A DNA stretch of 64,000 bases from Candidatus Campbellbacteria bacterium (GCA_024653945.1 JANLIT010000004.1:77281-141280), one strand, 5' to 3'. Shown: positions 47,361 through 57,699, numbered from the stretch's first letter. Numbers and translations: made by a program. The notes: generated from the letters alone by a model not told the origin.

Positions 47361-47975
47361 TTATTTTTTTATTGGTTCCATTTCCCAGACAAGATTTTTA
47401 ATGGGTACAAGAATCGACAACTTTCTATCGTAGAATAGATTATGATTTTGAATAAAGCGTTTAAATAATCGCGTAAAAAAACCACGAGACCGTGCTGGCC
47501 ACCCATACCAAAAACCAATACGTTTCCATGTGTGAGCACTGTATTGAAAATGTGATTTAGGTGTGTTCTCTACAAAAAAATAGTCCAGTGATTCCGATGT
47601 AAAAAAATGCTTGTGTGTAATATCCGTAAAACTGTCAGTCGAGCGAAAATACGGAACCGCAACAATGAGCCTCCCCCTTGGAGCAAGTACGCGCCACGCC
47701 TCGTCCATAAACGCGACAATGTCAGTCACGTGTTCGAGAACACTGTGTCCAAAAATGATATCTACTGAAGCGTCTTGCAATGGCCACGGTACTACATCAA
47801 GGTTATGTACCACATCAACTTCGGGCAATGCTAGCACGTCCATACCAAGAGCTCCCGATATTTTCGAATGCCCACATCCAACATGTAAAAGGCGTTTACC
47901 AGGGAATGGATTCTCTGTTGGAAAACCATTCTGTGTGAAAAACGATAGTGTGTATTGTTTTGTAGATGGGTTCAT
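47361..47975 (-). CDS. Class I SAM-dependent methyltransferase
   Basis: LLHVGCGHS motif I and Methyltransf_11-like. Confidence 0.55.
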   Translation of the reverse strand: MNPSTKQYTLSFFTQNGFPTENPFPGKRLLHVGCGHSKISGALGMDVLALPEVDVVHNLDVVPWPLQDASVDIIFGHSVLEHVTDIVAFMDEAWRVLAPRGRLIVAVPYFRSTDSFTDITHKHFFTSESLDYFFVENTPKSHFQYSAHTWKRIGFWYGWPARSRGFFTRLFKRFIQNHNLFYDRKLSILVPIKNLVWEMEPIKK

Positions 47976-48613
47976 GATGATTTCGTAAAACAAATAACAA
48001 AAGATAATGCACACATGTTTGGAAACGCTCGTTGAAAAACCGTGCCGAAGAAGGACAATGGTTTGAACGTATTCATACTACATACCACCGCACGAAGACC
48101 TGCTTGTGATGCCATATTCTGTAACACGTGATAATTAAACCAATACACATGGCCTTTATTTGGTCTATTATTTTCAGGAACGCGTCCAAAAAGAGTTTGA
48201 AAACGTGCAGGAAATGAAGAAAAATTTGGAACTCCGATGATAACATTTTTTCGTGAAACGCGGGTCATTTCACACAACAAAAAAAGCGGGTCAAATTGAT
48301 GCTCGAGTACATCTAGAGCGACTGCGTAATCAAATGAGTTGTCAGGAAAGGGTAATTTTCCGTTTAAATCATGTTGTGTGGCGCGCACGCCATGAGATAC
48401 ACATTTCTGTACCGCCTCCTCAGAAAAATCAATGCCTTCGCCCAATATCCCTTTTTCAGCAAGCATGGAGAGCAACAGACCGTCCCCACAACCGACATCA
48501 AGAACCGACCCATCAACAACCATATCTAAACAAGCTTGGTGTCTAAACTGAGCCTTTTGATTTCCCGACAGCCAGCGATTATTTTCAAATGTTTTTTGGG
48601 CATCCATAGGCAA
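47972..48613 (-). CDS. Class I SAM-dependent methyltransferase
   Basis: VLDVGCGDGLLLSMLAEKG motif I and ALDVLEH. Confidence 0.6.
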   Translation of the reverse strand: MPMDAQKTFENNRWLSGNQKAQFRHQACLDMVVDGSVLDVGCGDGLLLSMLAEKGILGEGIDFSEEAVQKCVSHGVRATQHDLNGKLPFPDNSFDYAVALDVLEHQFDPLFLLCEMTRVSRKNVIIGVPNFSSFPARFQTLFGRVPENNRPNKGHVYWFNYHVLQNMASQAGLRAVVCSMNTFKPLSFFGTVFQRAFPNMCALSFVICFTKSS

Positions 48614-48646
48614 AACTATATCATGTTTTTGAACCCCGGCATGTAC

Positions 48647-49693
48647 TTACAAATAGGAAAGTATTTTCGGGATAAGCGCCGATAGCGAGTGATTGTGTAG
48701 CACATACTCTCTACCCCCCTCACGTAAACGGTCTGATTCTTCATCCGACAATGCGCGGATAAACATAAGGGCTCGCACATATGCCTGCACGTCGCTTTGA
48801 GGCACACAACAAACCCGTTTGAGATCTTCGGACAGGTCTTCTGCAAGTGTTGGATCACAGGTTACTGGCAGTGTACCAACGGCAAGTGCTTCCAAAACAA
48901 CTTTATCTAAACTACCTGTACGACTCGCATGAATAAACACATCTGCCTCACCAACGATATTTGCAATCTCAGCGTGTGATTGTGAACCTTTCCAAGAAAT
49001 AAACGCCTCAATCTCACGGTCTTTAATGCGCTCAATAATGCTGTGTTTGTAGGTGTGTTGTGATCTTGTTTCTGCATCACCAACAATAGACAACAAACAG
49101 TGTGCTTCATTTTTGTGCATCACAGATATCACATCAACGACTGTTTCCAAGTCTTTCACCGGAGATATTCTTCCTACAGTAACAAGGTGCAGTTCATCAC
49201 TTGTGCGGTGTGTACGAAAGGTAAAGAGGTCCGTATCTATGCCGTGTCCGACGTACTGGACGGCACGAGTGCGCAACGGAAAACTTTCCGGAGATGCGGT
49301 AAAAATAGTGTGCACCAAAGGAGTCGCGATACGAAGCGAGAGCGACGCATGTTTGTGCATGTACCAAAGAGCAATTTGCTTTTTCCACAACCTCCATAAC
49401 AATCCACCGAGAATGACGTATATCTGATTCATGTGTACAAACACACTATCGTAATTATCACGTTCTTCACGAATATATCTAAAAAAGCGTTTGAGATACT
49501 GGATTCGTGATACTTTCTTTTCTTTTCCTAATGAAAGCACTCGAACATTTTTGGGCAACGAGTGTTTTCCCTCCTGTAAACAAATAACAATCACTGATTC
49601 ACAGTGTTTTGCAAACTCCTCAATCCACGCATGAAAAAAACCGAGGATTGGATGCTCTGTATCAAGTACTTGAGTAATGATGAGTAACCGCAT
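48647..49693 (-). CDS. Family 4 glycosyltransferase
   Basis: GT4-like fold with a C-terminal sugar-donor-binding region (FIHASRTGSLDKVVLEALAVGTLPVT). Confidence 0.6.
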   Translation of the reverse strand: MRLLIITQVLDTEHPILGFFHAWIEEFAKHCESVIVICLQEGKHSLPKNVRVLSLGKEKKVSRIQYLKRFFRYIREERDNYDSVFVHMNQIYVILGGLLWRLWKKQIALWYMHKHASLSLRIATPLVHTIFTASPESFPLRTRAVQYVGHGIDTDLFTFRTHRTSDELHLVTVGRISPVKDLETVVDVISVMHKNEAHCLLSIVGDAETRSQHTYKHSIIERIKDREIEAFISWKGSQSHAEIANIVGEADVFIHASRTGSLDKVVLEALAVGTLPVTCDPTLAEDLSEDLKRVCCVPQSDVQAYVRALMFIRALSDEESDRLREGGREYVLHNHSLSALIPKILSYL

Positions 49694-49696
49694 GTG

Positions 49697-50854
49697 TTAT
49701 TTTTTGATTGCGCTCCAGTTCTGTTTAAGTTTGGCGACATATAATTCTGATGACAACAAAAGTTGAGAAACCACTCCCGCCGCAAGGAGGGCCCTCTCGT
49801 GGGCTCTTTGAGGATGCGCGAGTGTATCAATAAGTGCATTGGCTATCTTTTGAACATCACCCACGGGAACTATGTGTCCGTGTTCCTCATCTCGTAGCAC
49901 CGTGCCCGCGATACCAACGTTTGTCGACACGATCGGTACTTCAGCAAGAGCTGCTTCTGCCATAGATGCACAAAAACCTTCATATCGAGATGTGTGAAGA
50001 AAAACATGTGCCTCTGTTAGTTGCGGTGTAAGATCTTGTACAAAACCAAGAAATATAATTGCATTTTCCAAGTTATATTTTCGTGCGAGCGTAAAAATGT
50101 GGGATCGCTGACTTCCTTTGTGTGCAATATATAGTTTTGCATCAGGCATCTGTGCGTGCACGCGTGCAAATGCAGAAAGTGCCGTCGGATAATCCTTTTC
50201 TTTTTCCAATCTTCCAACCATAAGAATTACTTTCTCTTTTGTTGATGGAGCACGTTGGACACGAGGCGTCTGGTCTGTTGCTACAAACATAGGGAGTACG
50301 GAAATTCGTTCGGGGGCCACTCCCATAGCATGGACGACTTTTGCCACACGTTCAGAAACAACACGAACAGATGCCGCACGACGAAGTCGAGAGGCCACAC
50401 CAATCATACGTAGTTTGTTTCGTATCTCTTGACCTGAAAAACCTTTACCAAAATACGGACTACCAATATCTGTGTGTACTTGTAATTCAACTGGCAAACC
50501 GAGCTTTTTCCCCAACCGCAGCGCCGCAATACCATACTCAAAAGGATCTTGTGCGGTAATCAGGTCACAGCTGGAAAGAGATTTTCCTACTGCAACCGCG
50601 CGACGAATCCGCATACACGGATTGGTCGTTCCTGTAGGGTGTAAAAATACATTCTGAGATATTTTTTGAACCTCACCAACCCCAGGAGCAATGATGTGCA
50701 ACTCATCGCACGCCTGACCGTAGAATGCCATTCGGGCGCGAACAGGACTTCCTTCAATAAAAAGGTTTTTGTCTGAACCAATAGAGATAACTTTCATAGG
50801 TAGTGATTCTCTGCTAGAGAAGACCATTTTAGCATATGAAAGCACTCTTCTCAC
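49697..50854 (-). CDS. Family 4 glycosyltransferase
   Basis: FLHTSRYEGFCASMAEAALAEVPIVSTNVG is a GT4 motif. The start may be MKVISIG. Confidence 0.65.
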   Translation of the reverse strand: MRRVLSYAKMVFSSRESLPMKVISIGSDKNLFIEGSPVRARMAFYGQACDELHIIAPGVGEVQKISQNVFLHPTGTTNPCMRIRRAVAVGKSLSSCDLITAQDPFEYGIAALRLGKKLGLPVELQVHTDIGSPYFGKGFSGQEIRNKLRMIGVASRLRRAASVRVVSERVAKVVHAMGVAPERISVLPMFVATDQTPRVQRAPSTKEKVILMVGRLEKEKDYPTALSAFARVHAQMPDAKLYIAHKGSQRSHIFTLARKYNLENAIIFLGFVQDLTPQLTEAHVFLHTSRYEGFCASMAEAALAEVPIVSTNVGIAGTVLRDEEHGHIVPVGDVQKIANALIDTLAHPQRAHERALLAAGVVSQLLLSSELYVAKLKQNWSAIKK

Positions 50855-50915
50855 GGCACACTAACAATGGTATTCTCTGTGGGTTAATGGGTATTTACCA
50901 CTATAATTTCTTATT

Positions 50916-51821
50916 ATGGATTTTTTAAAGAAAGAGAAACTGCAGATACTACTTACTGGTGATCGAGGTTTTATTGCACGTAAGGTTAAAGAGAGTCTTA
51001 TTTCACTCGGACATACAGTGACCGGTTTTGATATACAAGATGGTTTTGATTTATTAAATCGAGATCAAGTTGAAGCTGCGGTTGCCACTGTAGATGTTGT
51101 GTATCACATCGCCGCCGAAGCCGACATGACACGGATGGTTGACCTCTCTGGAAGTTACAAAGGCACTGCAGTGAATGTTGACGGTACACACAATGTCGCA
51201 TATGCATGTGCAAAACATAATAAGTGGCTTATTTATACTTCAACATGTTGTGTCTATGGTAACGTTACAGAACATCCAGAAAACGAGGATACAACACTAC
51301 CGAATCCATCTGAATTATACGCATGTAGTAAGTATGCGGGAGAATGGATTGTACGATGATATGGTCTAAATTATGACATGCCATGGACAATACTTCGTTA
51401 TGCAACAATTTATGGCGAAGGTATGCGAGAGGCACTCGGCGCATTTGTATTCTTTAAACAAGCAATGTTGAGACTACCTATCACTGTTCATGGTGACGGA
51501 AAACAAGAGCGTACACTTACGTTTGTAGATGACCTTGTCGAAGGAACAGTTGCACCACTTTCAAATAAGGAAAAGGCTCTTGGACAAATCTTTAATCTTT
51601 CAACCACTGAGCGCATCTCAGCAATTAAAATGGCCGAGGATATTAAATCTCTCACCAACTCATCCTCCGAAATACTTTTTATTCCACAAAGAAAAAATCA
51701 AACAATCTTTGAAGATGTAGATGCTTCAAAAGCTGAAAACCTACTTGGATGGAAAGCAAAAACACCCTGGAATGATGGATTGAAAAAAACGTACGAATGG
51801 ATGAAAACACTTACTCTTTAG
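50916..51821 (+). pseudogene. NAD-dependent sugar epimerase/dehydratase interrupted by a single in-frame TGA at 51357..51359; otherwise collinear
   Basis: The Rossmann N-terminus (ILLTGDRGFIARKV) runs to ...YACSKYAGEWIVR then TGA, and the frame continues YGLNYDMPWTILRYATIYGEG. This restores the conserved YxxxK...vRyfN.yGp spacing of the SDR family. The ORF track splits it into 50916..51359 and 51378..51821. Confidence 0.6.
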
Positions 51822-52840
51822 TGTTTCTGTAAAAAACTACTTGCAAGGACAATAAACTCTTTGGCAAGAACTGAGTAAGGTCTACGAATTGATAATTGGT
51901 TAATTTTTTCTTGATACTGCAAATACGTTGCGTCGTCAGCAATGGTAATAATTGCATTCGCAATTTCCTCGACATTTAGAGGGTCAACAGCAATAACCGC
52001 TGACCCTATCCTATTAAGAATACCGTTTTCTTTTGTAACAATCGCCGGTTTACCCATCGACAACAACTCAATAACAAAATTAGGACTAATCTCACTTAGT
52101 GAAACAACAACACCTGCATAGGCGCTTCTGAGTCGGTTCATAACTTCGTTTCGGGGAATATTGTGGTCTACAGTAAGTGTAATAGTAGGAACTTTCTTTT
52201 GGGCAATTTTAAATGCTTGCTGTAATAGTTCTTCATTTTTTAATTTCATCGGCCGACTAATCGTAATAAATTCTTTTGTTTCTTTCTGAGTAATCGATTG
52301 TTGTGGACTAAGATCGTATTGATTTTCAATGATACTCGTTGGGATGGTGTGAAAATCATATGACTTCTGCCATATATTTTTTTGATACTCGGTACTAAAG
52401 ACAATATGTGTAAGCGATTGAAGAAATATTTGAGTGAGTCGCTTTATAACTTTATCTCTCGTAGTAAATTCTCCTTCGTGGTTATAAAAGTCGGTAAATG
52501 TAATTTTCTTTCCCGTTCGTTCAACAAATTGTTCCCACAAAAAATCTCCTCCAGTGCGGAGAATTGCGACACCTCCAAAAAGTTTCCGCATACACCCTAT
52601 TGGTATACCAACACTGAATGTGTCGAGAACAAGTGTCCAATCAGTAAAAAGATATGCGGGAAATGTTTTGAAAAAATAGACGAGATGACGAATACCTGTT
52701 GGGAGATGTCGTTCGATAGAAAAAGTTCGTACGGTAACTTTGTGGCCGAGTTTTTCAAATTCATTTTTCAAACTCTCCGCATAGTATGACGGTCCGCCTG
52801 CATGTGGTGGGTATATCCCTGTTGCTATCAAAATTTTCAT
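51818..52840 (-). CDS. Family 4 glycosyltransferase
   Basis: MKILIATGIYPPHAGGPSYYAESL is a GT4 N-terminal signature. Confidence 0.65.
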   Translation of the reverse strand: MKILIATGIYPPHAGGPSYYAESLKNEFEKLGHKVTVRTFSIERHLPTGIRHLVYFFKTFPAYLFTDWTLVLDTFSVGIPIGCMRKLFGGVAILRTGGDFLWEQFVERTGKKITFTDFYNHEGEFTTRDKVIKRLTQIFLQSLTHIVFSTEYQKNIWQKSYDFHTIPTSIIENQYDLSPQQSITQKETKEFITISRPMKLKNEELLQQAFKIAQKKVPTITLTVDHNIPRNEVMNRLRSAYAGVVVSLSEISPNFVIELLSMGKPAIVTKENGILNRIGSAVIAVDPLNVEEIANAIITIADDATYLQYQEKINQLSIRRPYSVLAKEFIVLASSFLQKH

Positions 52841-52924
52841 TTTTGTACGGTATCACGCATTTTATAATTCTATCTTTCTATAGTTCTATCGAATTATAGA
52901 ACTTGTGGTGGTATATTTTTCTGC

Positions 52925-54175
52925 TCATTTTTCTTTATTTGACTCTTTTTTATAATAGCTGGAAACCTCGCCTAACGAAACACTCTCTAGAGTATCCTTC
53001 ATTGACCGCGCAACTATGTCCCAATCATATTTTTCAACAACAAGTGCTCGACCATTCTGAGAAATCCTTTGACGCATACCAACATCTTGAATAAGTCGCT
53101 TCACAGCAAAGGCAATGTTTTCAGGATTGTGTACTTCACAAAAAACACCCGTTGCTTTGTCTCCGTATTCCTCAACATCAAACAAAAAGTCGGGAATACC
53201 ACCGACAGGTGTAGCAATCACTGGAAGTCCAGCAGCCATCGCTTCTAGGAAGCTACTTCCCAACCCCTCTGATAGAGACGGCCGAATAAAAATATCTGAC
53301 GCATGGAGATACGAAGGAAGCAGTTCGCGCGACATGTTTCCTAAAAATATAATTCTCTCCCTCACACCAAGATCTTTTGCCTGTTGTTGTAATGTATCAA
53401 GAAGTGGTCCTTCACCGCACAAAATAAAACGAATATTCTCTGGAAGTAATGGGAGCGCAGAAATGACATCCGTAATTCCATTCTTCTCAACAAGTCGTGA
53501 TGTGGTGACCAAAAATATTTCGTCATCTTTTTTTTTAAGTTCGCCTTTAACACGTTCCACACTGTCAGATGAAACAGCGAGGTACTGTGAAATGGTTACC
53601 CCATTAGGAATAACAACTACTTTTTTTGTATGACCCATAGCACGAGCAAAATCCGCAAGAAAGTTTGAAATTGCCTGTACACACGCCGTGTCACGGAAAA
53701 TCTTTTTTAAGAGCGGGGACACAAACCGAATACGACGACGTGATGTTATGTGTTCAACAGTATCTCCATCTTGAAGTGTCAATATGAACGGAACCTTCAT
53801 TCCAAACATACGCGCGAGCACAGCTGGAAATCCCATGTACGTCATCAAAGACCACATCGCATCATATGGTTTTGTCTTATGAAGCGAGAGCGCTTTACGT
53901 GCGGCAAGAATTGGGTAGAGAATTTTGATGAAATACCACGGAAAACGTTTTAGATCTTGATGCGACATTCCCCGTTTCGAAGGACCAATTCTGTGGATGG
54001 TAATATTCCCCATTCTCTCAACAATAGGAAGTGTGCTGTCGGCTCGTAGAGTAATCATGTCAAACTCCATTTCAGAGGGGTTGATTCGGTCGGTAATTTC
54101 TTTCACCGCCAACTCTGCTCCGCCAACAAACGGCAGATACATGAGGGAAAATATGAGTATTCGACGCGGTTCCAT
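52925..54175 (-). CDS. Family 4 glycosyltransferase
   Basis: N-terminus LIFSLMYLPFVGGAEL and C-terminal IFIRPSLSEGLGSSFLEAMAAGLPVIATPVGG. Confidence 0.7.
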   Translation of the reverse strand: MEPRRILIFSLMYLPFVGGAELAVKEITDRINPSEMEFDMITLRADSTLPIVERMGNITIHRIGPSKRGMSHQDLKRFPWYFIKILYPILAARKALSLHKTKPYDAMWSLMTYMGFPAVLARMFGMKVPFILTLQDGDTVEHITSRRRIRFVSPLLKKIFRDTACVQAISNFLADFARAMGHTKKVVVIPNGVTISQYLAVSSDSVERVKGELKKKDDEIFLVTTSRLVEKNGITDVISALPLLPENIRFILCGEGPLLDTLQQQAKDLGVRERIIFLGNMSRELLPSYLHASDIFIRPSLSEGLGSSFLEAMAAGLPVIATPVGGIPDFLFDVEEYGDKATGVFCEVHNPENIAFAVKRLIQDVGMRQRISQNGRALVVEKYDWDIVARSMKDTLESVSLGEVSSYYKKESNKEK

Positions 54176-54271
54176 TCCCCTATCCTACCACGCCACAACG
54201 TCCTGCCAGAACTACCAAAAAAACCAAACCAAAACTAACCACCAACTCCCAACCTCTAACCCCTAACTTCT

Positions 54272-54427
54272 ATTACTTTGGACTTACCTGAATTCTTCAA
54301 TAATTTCTATTTCGCCCGCTATGTCTGCTATAGAATTAGTTTTGTGTGTTTCAAAAAAGTGCTGGTACGCAACCAACAGAGTGGTTCCGAGAATAATCAC
54401 AAACCATAAAAGCACAAATGGCCACAT
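54272..54427 (-). CDS. Possible 51-aa single-TM small protein
   Basis: MWPFVLLWFVIILGTTLLVAYQHFFETHKTNSIADIAGEIEIIEEFR. On the operon strand, directly after the lamin-tail protein stop. Falls below the ORF-track cutoff. Confidence 0.25.
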
Positions 54428-54430
54428 ATG

Positions 54431-55612
54431 TTATTTCTTTTTTGAAATGCGCGCCTTCATATCCTCAATATTGTAGAGAACACCTTCAAAAGCCGCCGCT
54501 TCTTTTCCATTTGGATAGATGAGTGCCACACGATCTGTTTCTTTCAACTGCACTTTTGTTATCGTTGCGGGAAATGGAACCTTTGTGTGCGGTGCGATAG
54601 TGGTAGTCATGGGAATTGTAAATACGTGTCCGCGCTTTTTACCTTCTGCATATTCTGCTTGTAATTTCCATAACGAAAGGTCTAACGCCACATCACTATT
54701 GTTAGAAATTTCAACGTATCCATCTTCACCATAGAGTACGGAAGAAAGTGACACGTCCGCAGATATAACATGAACAGAAACACCATCGTGTGCGTGTTGA
54801 TATTGTGCTGAAATTGATGTTACGGCTGTATATGTTCCCGGAAATCTGTATATGTGAGAAGTACTTTTTCCTTCTCCATCGTCACCGTCTCCAAATGACC
54901 ACCGATACTTACTCACACCGGTGTGTTCACCAAATCTATCAACGCCGTATCCTTCAAAAAACGCATATGCGCCAGCAATTGCCTGCATATCTTCCCCCGC
55001 ATACACAAAAAGGTTTTGTGTATATCCCACAGAGGTCTTCTTTGTCGTGGTTGATGTTGTGCTTGTACTTGCCCCTTTTACTTCGCCCGTACTTGGCGCT
55101 ATGTGTTCCGTGCTGTTTTGCACACCTGGAGTTGGCACCCCTGTAATCCACAAATTGTCTGCTTGTCGCTGTGGTGTGTTCTTGGCTGTGTTATCTCCTC
55201 CCAGAGACCAGTTTGTAGCACCAATGGCACTATCTACAACCGCCCCACTCGCATCAAATAACTCCAATGTTTCCCCGGTATTACCAAGTCCTCCAGTATA
55301 AATAACCCCAGCAGAAACACCTAGAACTGATTCATCGTCGGTACGCTCAAGAAGAAAGTATCCTCCTGTCGGAATCTCGCCAGATAGAGTAATTTTTGGA
55401 TCTTCATCTTGTGCCCACAGTTTCCATCCAGACAACGATACGCTTTCTGCCCCCGTATTATAAAGTTCAATCCACTCGTCATTTGCCGATACCGTTGTGC
55501 CCATCCACGCGATTTCATTAATAATAATTTGCGCATTTGTCACCATTGGCAACATGGCCAATGCGCACAAAAATAATAGTGTATTTTTTATCATATCCGC
55601 ACACTGTAGCAA
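54431..55612 (-). CDS. Secreted lamin-tail-domain (LTD) protein with central PKD domain
   Basis: Signal peptide present. The LTD signature is IINEIAWMGT...DEWIELYNTG...SLSGWKL. The PKD motif is YRWSFGDGDDGEGKSTSHIYRFPGTYTAVTSISAQ. A second LTD-like C-terminal region follows. Confidence 0.65.
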   Translation of the reverse strand: MLQCADMIKNTLLFLCALAMLPMVTNAQIIINEIAWMGTTVSANDEWIELYNTGAESVSLSGWKLWAQDEDPKITLSGEIPTGGYFLLERTDDESVLGVSAGVIYTGGLGNTGETLELFDASGAVVDSAIGATNWSLGGDNTAKNTPQRQADNLWITGVPTPGVQNSTEHIAPSTGEVKGASTSTTSTTTKKTSVGYTQNLFVYAGEDMQAIAGAYAFFEGYGVDRFGEHTGVSKYRWSFGDGDDGEGKSTSHIYRFPGTYTAVTSISAQYQHAHDGVSVHVISADVSLSSVLYGEDGYVEISNNSDVALDLSLWKLQAEYAEGKKRGHVFTIPMTTTIAPHTKVPFPATITKVQLKETDRVALIYPNGKEAAAFEGVLYNIEDMKARISKKK

Positions 55613-55638
55613 TACGGAGATAAAAAGAATCTAAAGAG

Positions 55639-55672
55639 CCCCAGTCTCCACATGGAGACTGGGGCTCTGTTT
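55639..55672. terminator. Bidirectional intrinsic terminator hairpin (agagccccagtctcca-catg-tggagactggggctct) flanked by T/A tracts
   Basis: 16-bp perfect stem. U-rich sequence follows on both strands. Lies downstream of the TraD-like ATPase gene. Confidence 0.65.
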
Positions 55673-55680
55673 TTTTAAAA

Positions 55681-57609
55681 TTATTTTTCTCCTCCTTCGC
55701 GTTCAAAAAGTTTCTTGAGCACGGCCTCAGGAACTTCGTTTGTTTTTTGCTCTTTTGGTTTTTCTTCTGGAGGTTTTTGCGCCTGGGAGGCAACGCCTCC
55801 GTTTGGAGGCGTTGCCTCCGAATTTGACACTGGTGCAAAAGCTGGCTTTGGTATTGAAGCTGGGGTTGAAGTGGATGCTTTACCTGTAACAGCCGAGAGT
55901 GCCTGACGCAATTCTGAAAGATGCTCTGGTGTCGGCCCCTTGTTTGGTTTTTTTTCTCGCGGTTTTTCATGGTGTTGCAAGTGCGAAAGAGATACCGCTT
56001 TTCTAATCTCAGTTTCCCTATCTATAGACGTGCTTGCTTGTTTTGTATCATTAAAACGTCTTTGTGGTTGGTTGTGTGACTGATTTTGAGAACGATGTGT
56101 AGGTTGCTGTGTATGAGCACGAACTTCTTCGTGCGGACGACTCTGGGGAGATTTTTCTCCCTCTTTCTCTTTCTCTTTTTTAAGATCATCCGCAACATTA
56201 AAACGTTTTTGGTGCCATTTCAAAATCTCATCTTCAACAATGGCTCGTGGGCGCGAGAACTGGGCTCGCGAACGACCAATGGCGACATCACGATATGATA
56301 TTTCAGGAGGGGTAATGGGAGACAGTCCAGCAGCTGAAAATGGGGCAGATGCCATTCCATCTATCATTAATTTCAAATACATTTTGAACGCACCAATACC
56401 CACCAAATCCTCCGCAGTAAATGTTGGTGAAAATTCCTTTTCTAGGTATTCAGCGTCAATCGCACCGACACGGAACGTCACCAGTGTCCCAACGTTGCCA
56501 AATACAGCCGCACGTACTTCATCACTCATTTGCTCAATGTATTGGTGTGCAATAGTAAGATTCAATTTGTACTTTCGTGCCTCTGAAAGAATGTCGGCGA
56601 ATGATTCATTTGCAAATGATTGAAATTCATCCACATACAAATAAAAATTTGGTAGTTTATTTAATTCTGATTCGCGTAGGTCGGCGCGTGACATTGCCGC
56701 AAGATAAATTTTTGTGATAATCATTGAACCAAGAAGGTTTGCGTTGTCTTCACCGACCTGTCCTTTTGAAAGATTGATGATAAGAATTTTTTTCTGGTCC
56801 ATCATGTCACGAATGTTGAAGGTAGATTTTGGTTGACCGATGATATTTCGAATAACAGGATTACCTGTAAATTGTCCGACTTTGTTTTGAATTGCAGGTG
56901 TTGCTTCTGCGGCAAATTTGTCAGTATATTTTGCAAACTCCTGCTCCCAAAACGCCTTCACTCCCGGGTCCGTTACGTGTGCGACCACTTTGTTTCTAAA
57001 ATCTTTATCAACAAGCATACGGTTAACAGACAAAAGTGTTGAATCTGGATATTCAAGAAGTGCCAAAATAGTGTTGTTGAGAATGTATTCCATACGCGCA
57101 CTCCATGCATCAACCCAAATCTTTTTAAACGCAGACATCAAACCAGCCAACACAAGGTGGCGCTTATCAGGACCAACATCTTCCATCACATTAAACGCAA
57201 CGGGGTTATTGAGGTCAAATGGCGCAAAATACACCACATCATTAATGCGGTTTTCTGGAATGTAATCCAAAAGTAAGTCGGCACTTTTTCCGTGCGGGTC
57301 AAGAAACGCAAACCCTTCGCCGTTCTGAATATCTTGCACAGCCATATTTTCAAGAAGTGTTGATTTACCTGTTCCCGTCTTTCCGATGGTGTACACGTGG
57401 CGAAGCCGGTCTTTTGCTTTAATACCAAACTTCACTCGCTTGTTGCGGTAGTCCGTTTCACCGATGTACGTAATACGATTTGGATCAAACATGTGCGTGA
57501 AAATAGAACATAGTGAACTATCTGTAGTATACCCCATGAGATATTTACTCACCACACCCATCAGTATTGTATATATTGGATAGGTTATCTCACGGGGCAA
57601 GAAGCACAA
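55681..57609 (-). CDS. TraD/VirD4-like type IV secretion coupling-protein family ATPase (soluble, no N-terminal TM) with long disordered basic/Pro-Gln-rich C-terminal tail
   Basis: Walker A is YTIGKTGTGKSTLLENM. DPHGKSADLLL and the Walker B YLYVDEFQSF are present, with IAHQYIEQM. About 200 aa of low-complexity tail. The real start is probably MFDPNRITYIGETDYR. Confidence 0.55.
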   Translation of the reverse strand: MCFLPREITYPIYTILMGVVSKYLMGYTTDSSLCSIFTHMFDPNRITYIGETDYRNKRVKFGIKAKDRLRHVYTIGKTGTGKSTLLENMAVQDIQNGEGFAFLDPHGKSADLLLDYIPENRINDVVYFAPFDLNNPVAFNVMEDVGPDKRHLVLAGLMSAFKKIWVDAWSARMEYILNNTILALLEYPDSTLLSVNRMLVDKDFRNKVVAHVTDPGVKAFWEQEFAKYTDKFAAEATPAIQNKVGQFTGNPVIRNIIGQPKSTFNIRDMMDQKKILIINLSKGQVGEDNANLLGSMIITKIYLAAMSRADLRESELNKLPNFYLYVDEFQSFANESFADILSEARKYKLNLTIAHQYIEQMSDEVRAAVFGNVGTLVTFRVGAIDAEYLEKEFSPTFTAEDLVGIGAFKMYLKLMIDGMASAPFSAAGLSPITPPEISYRDVAIGRSRAQFSRPRAIVEDEILKWHQKRFNVADDLKKEKEKEGEKSPQSRPHEEVRAHTQQPTHRSQNQSHNQPQRRFNDTKQASTSIDRETEIRKAVSLSHLQHHEKPREKKPNKGPTPEHLSELRQALSAVTGKASTSTPASIPKPAFAPVSNSEATPPNGGVASQAQKPPEEKPKEQKTNEVPEAVLKKLFEREGGEK

Positions 57610-57627
57610 CGAGCAAAAAGAAAAAGC

Positions 57628-57660
57628 GCCGAGCTGTCCTTGCGGACGGCTCGGCGTGAA
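57628..57660 (-). terminator. Rho-independent terminator (gccgagc...gcucggc + UUUUUCUUUUU) downstream of the GC-rich ORF
   Basis: The minus-strand reading is GCCGAGCCGUCCGCAAGGACAGCUCGGCGCUUUUUCUUUUUGCUCG. Confidence 0.6.
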
Positions 57661-57699
57661 GCCTGTGTGTTTTTCAAAAAGAACACGATGGAGAAGAGG

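Noticed and set aside
50916-51821. Genome-wide TGA reassignment (Gracilibacteria/SR1 code 25) to explain the in-frame TGA in the epimerase
   Set aside because: Standard-code translation yields full-length, correctly terminated housekeeping proteins throughout, including SecA, PheT, GatB, Obg and MurC, many ending at TGA. This supports code 11.
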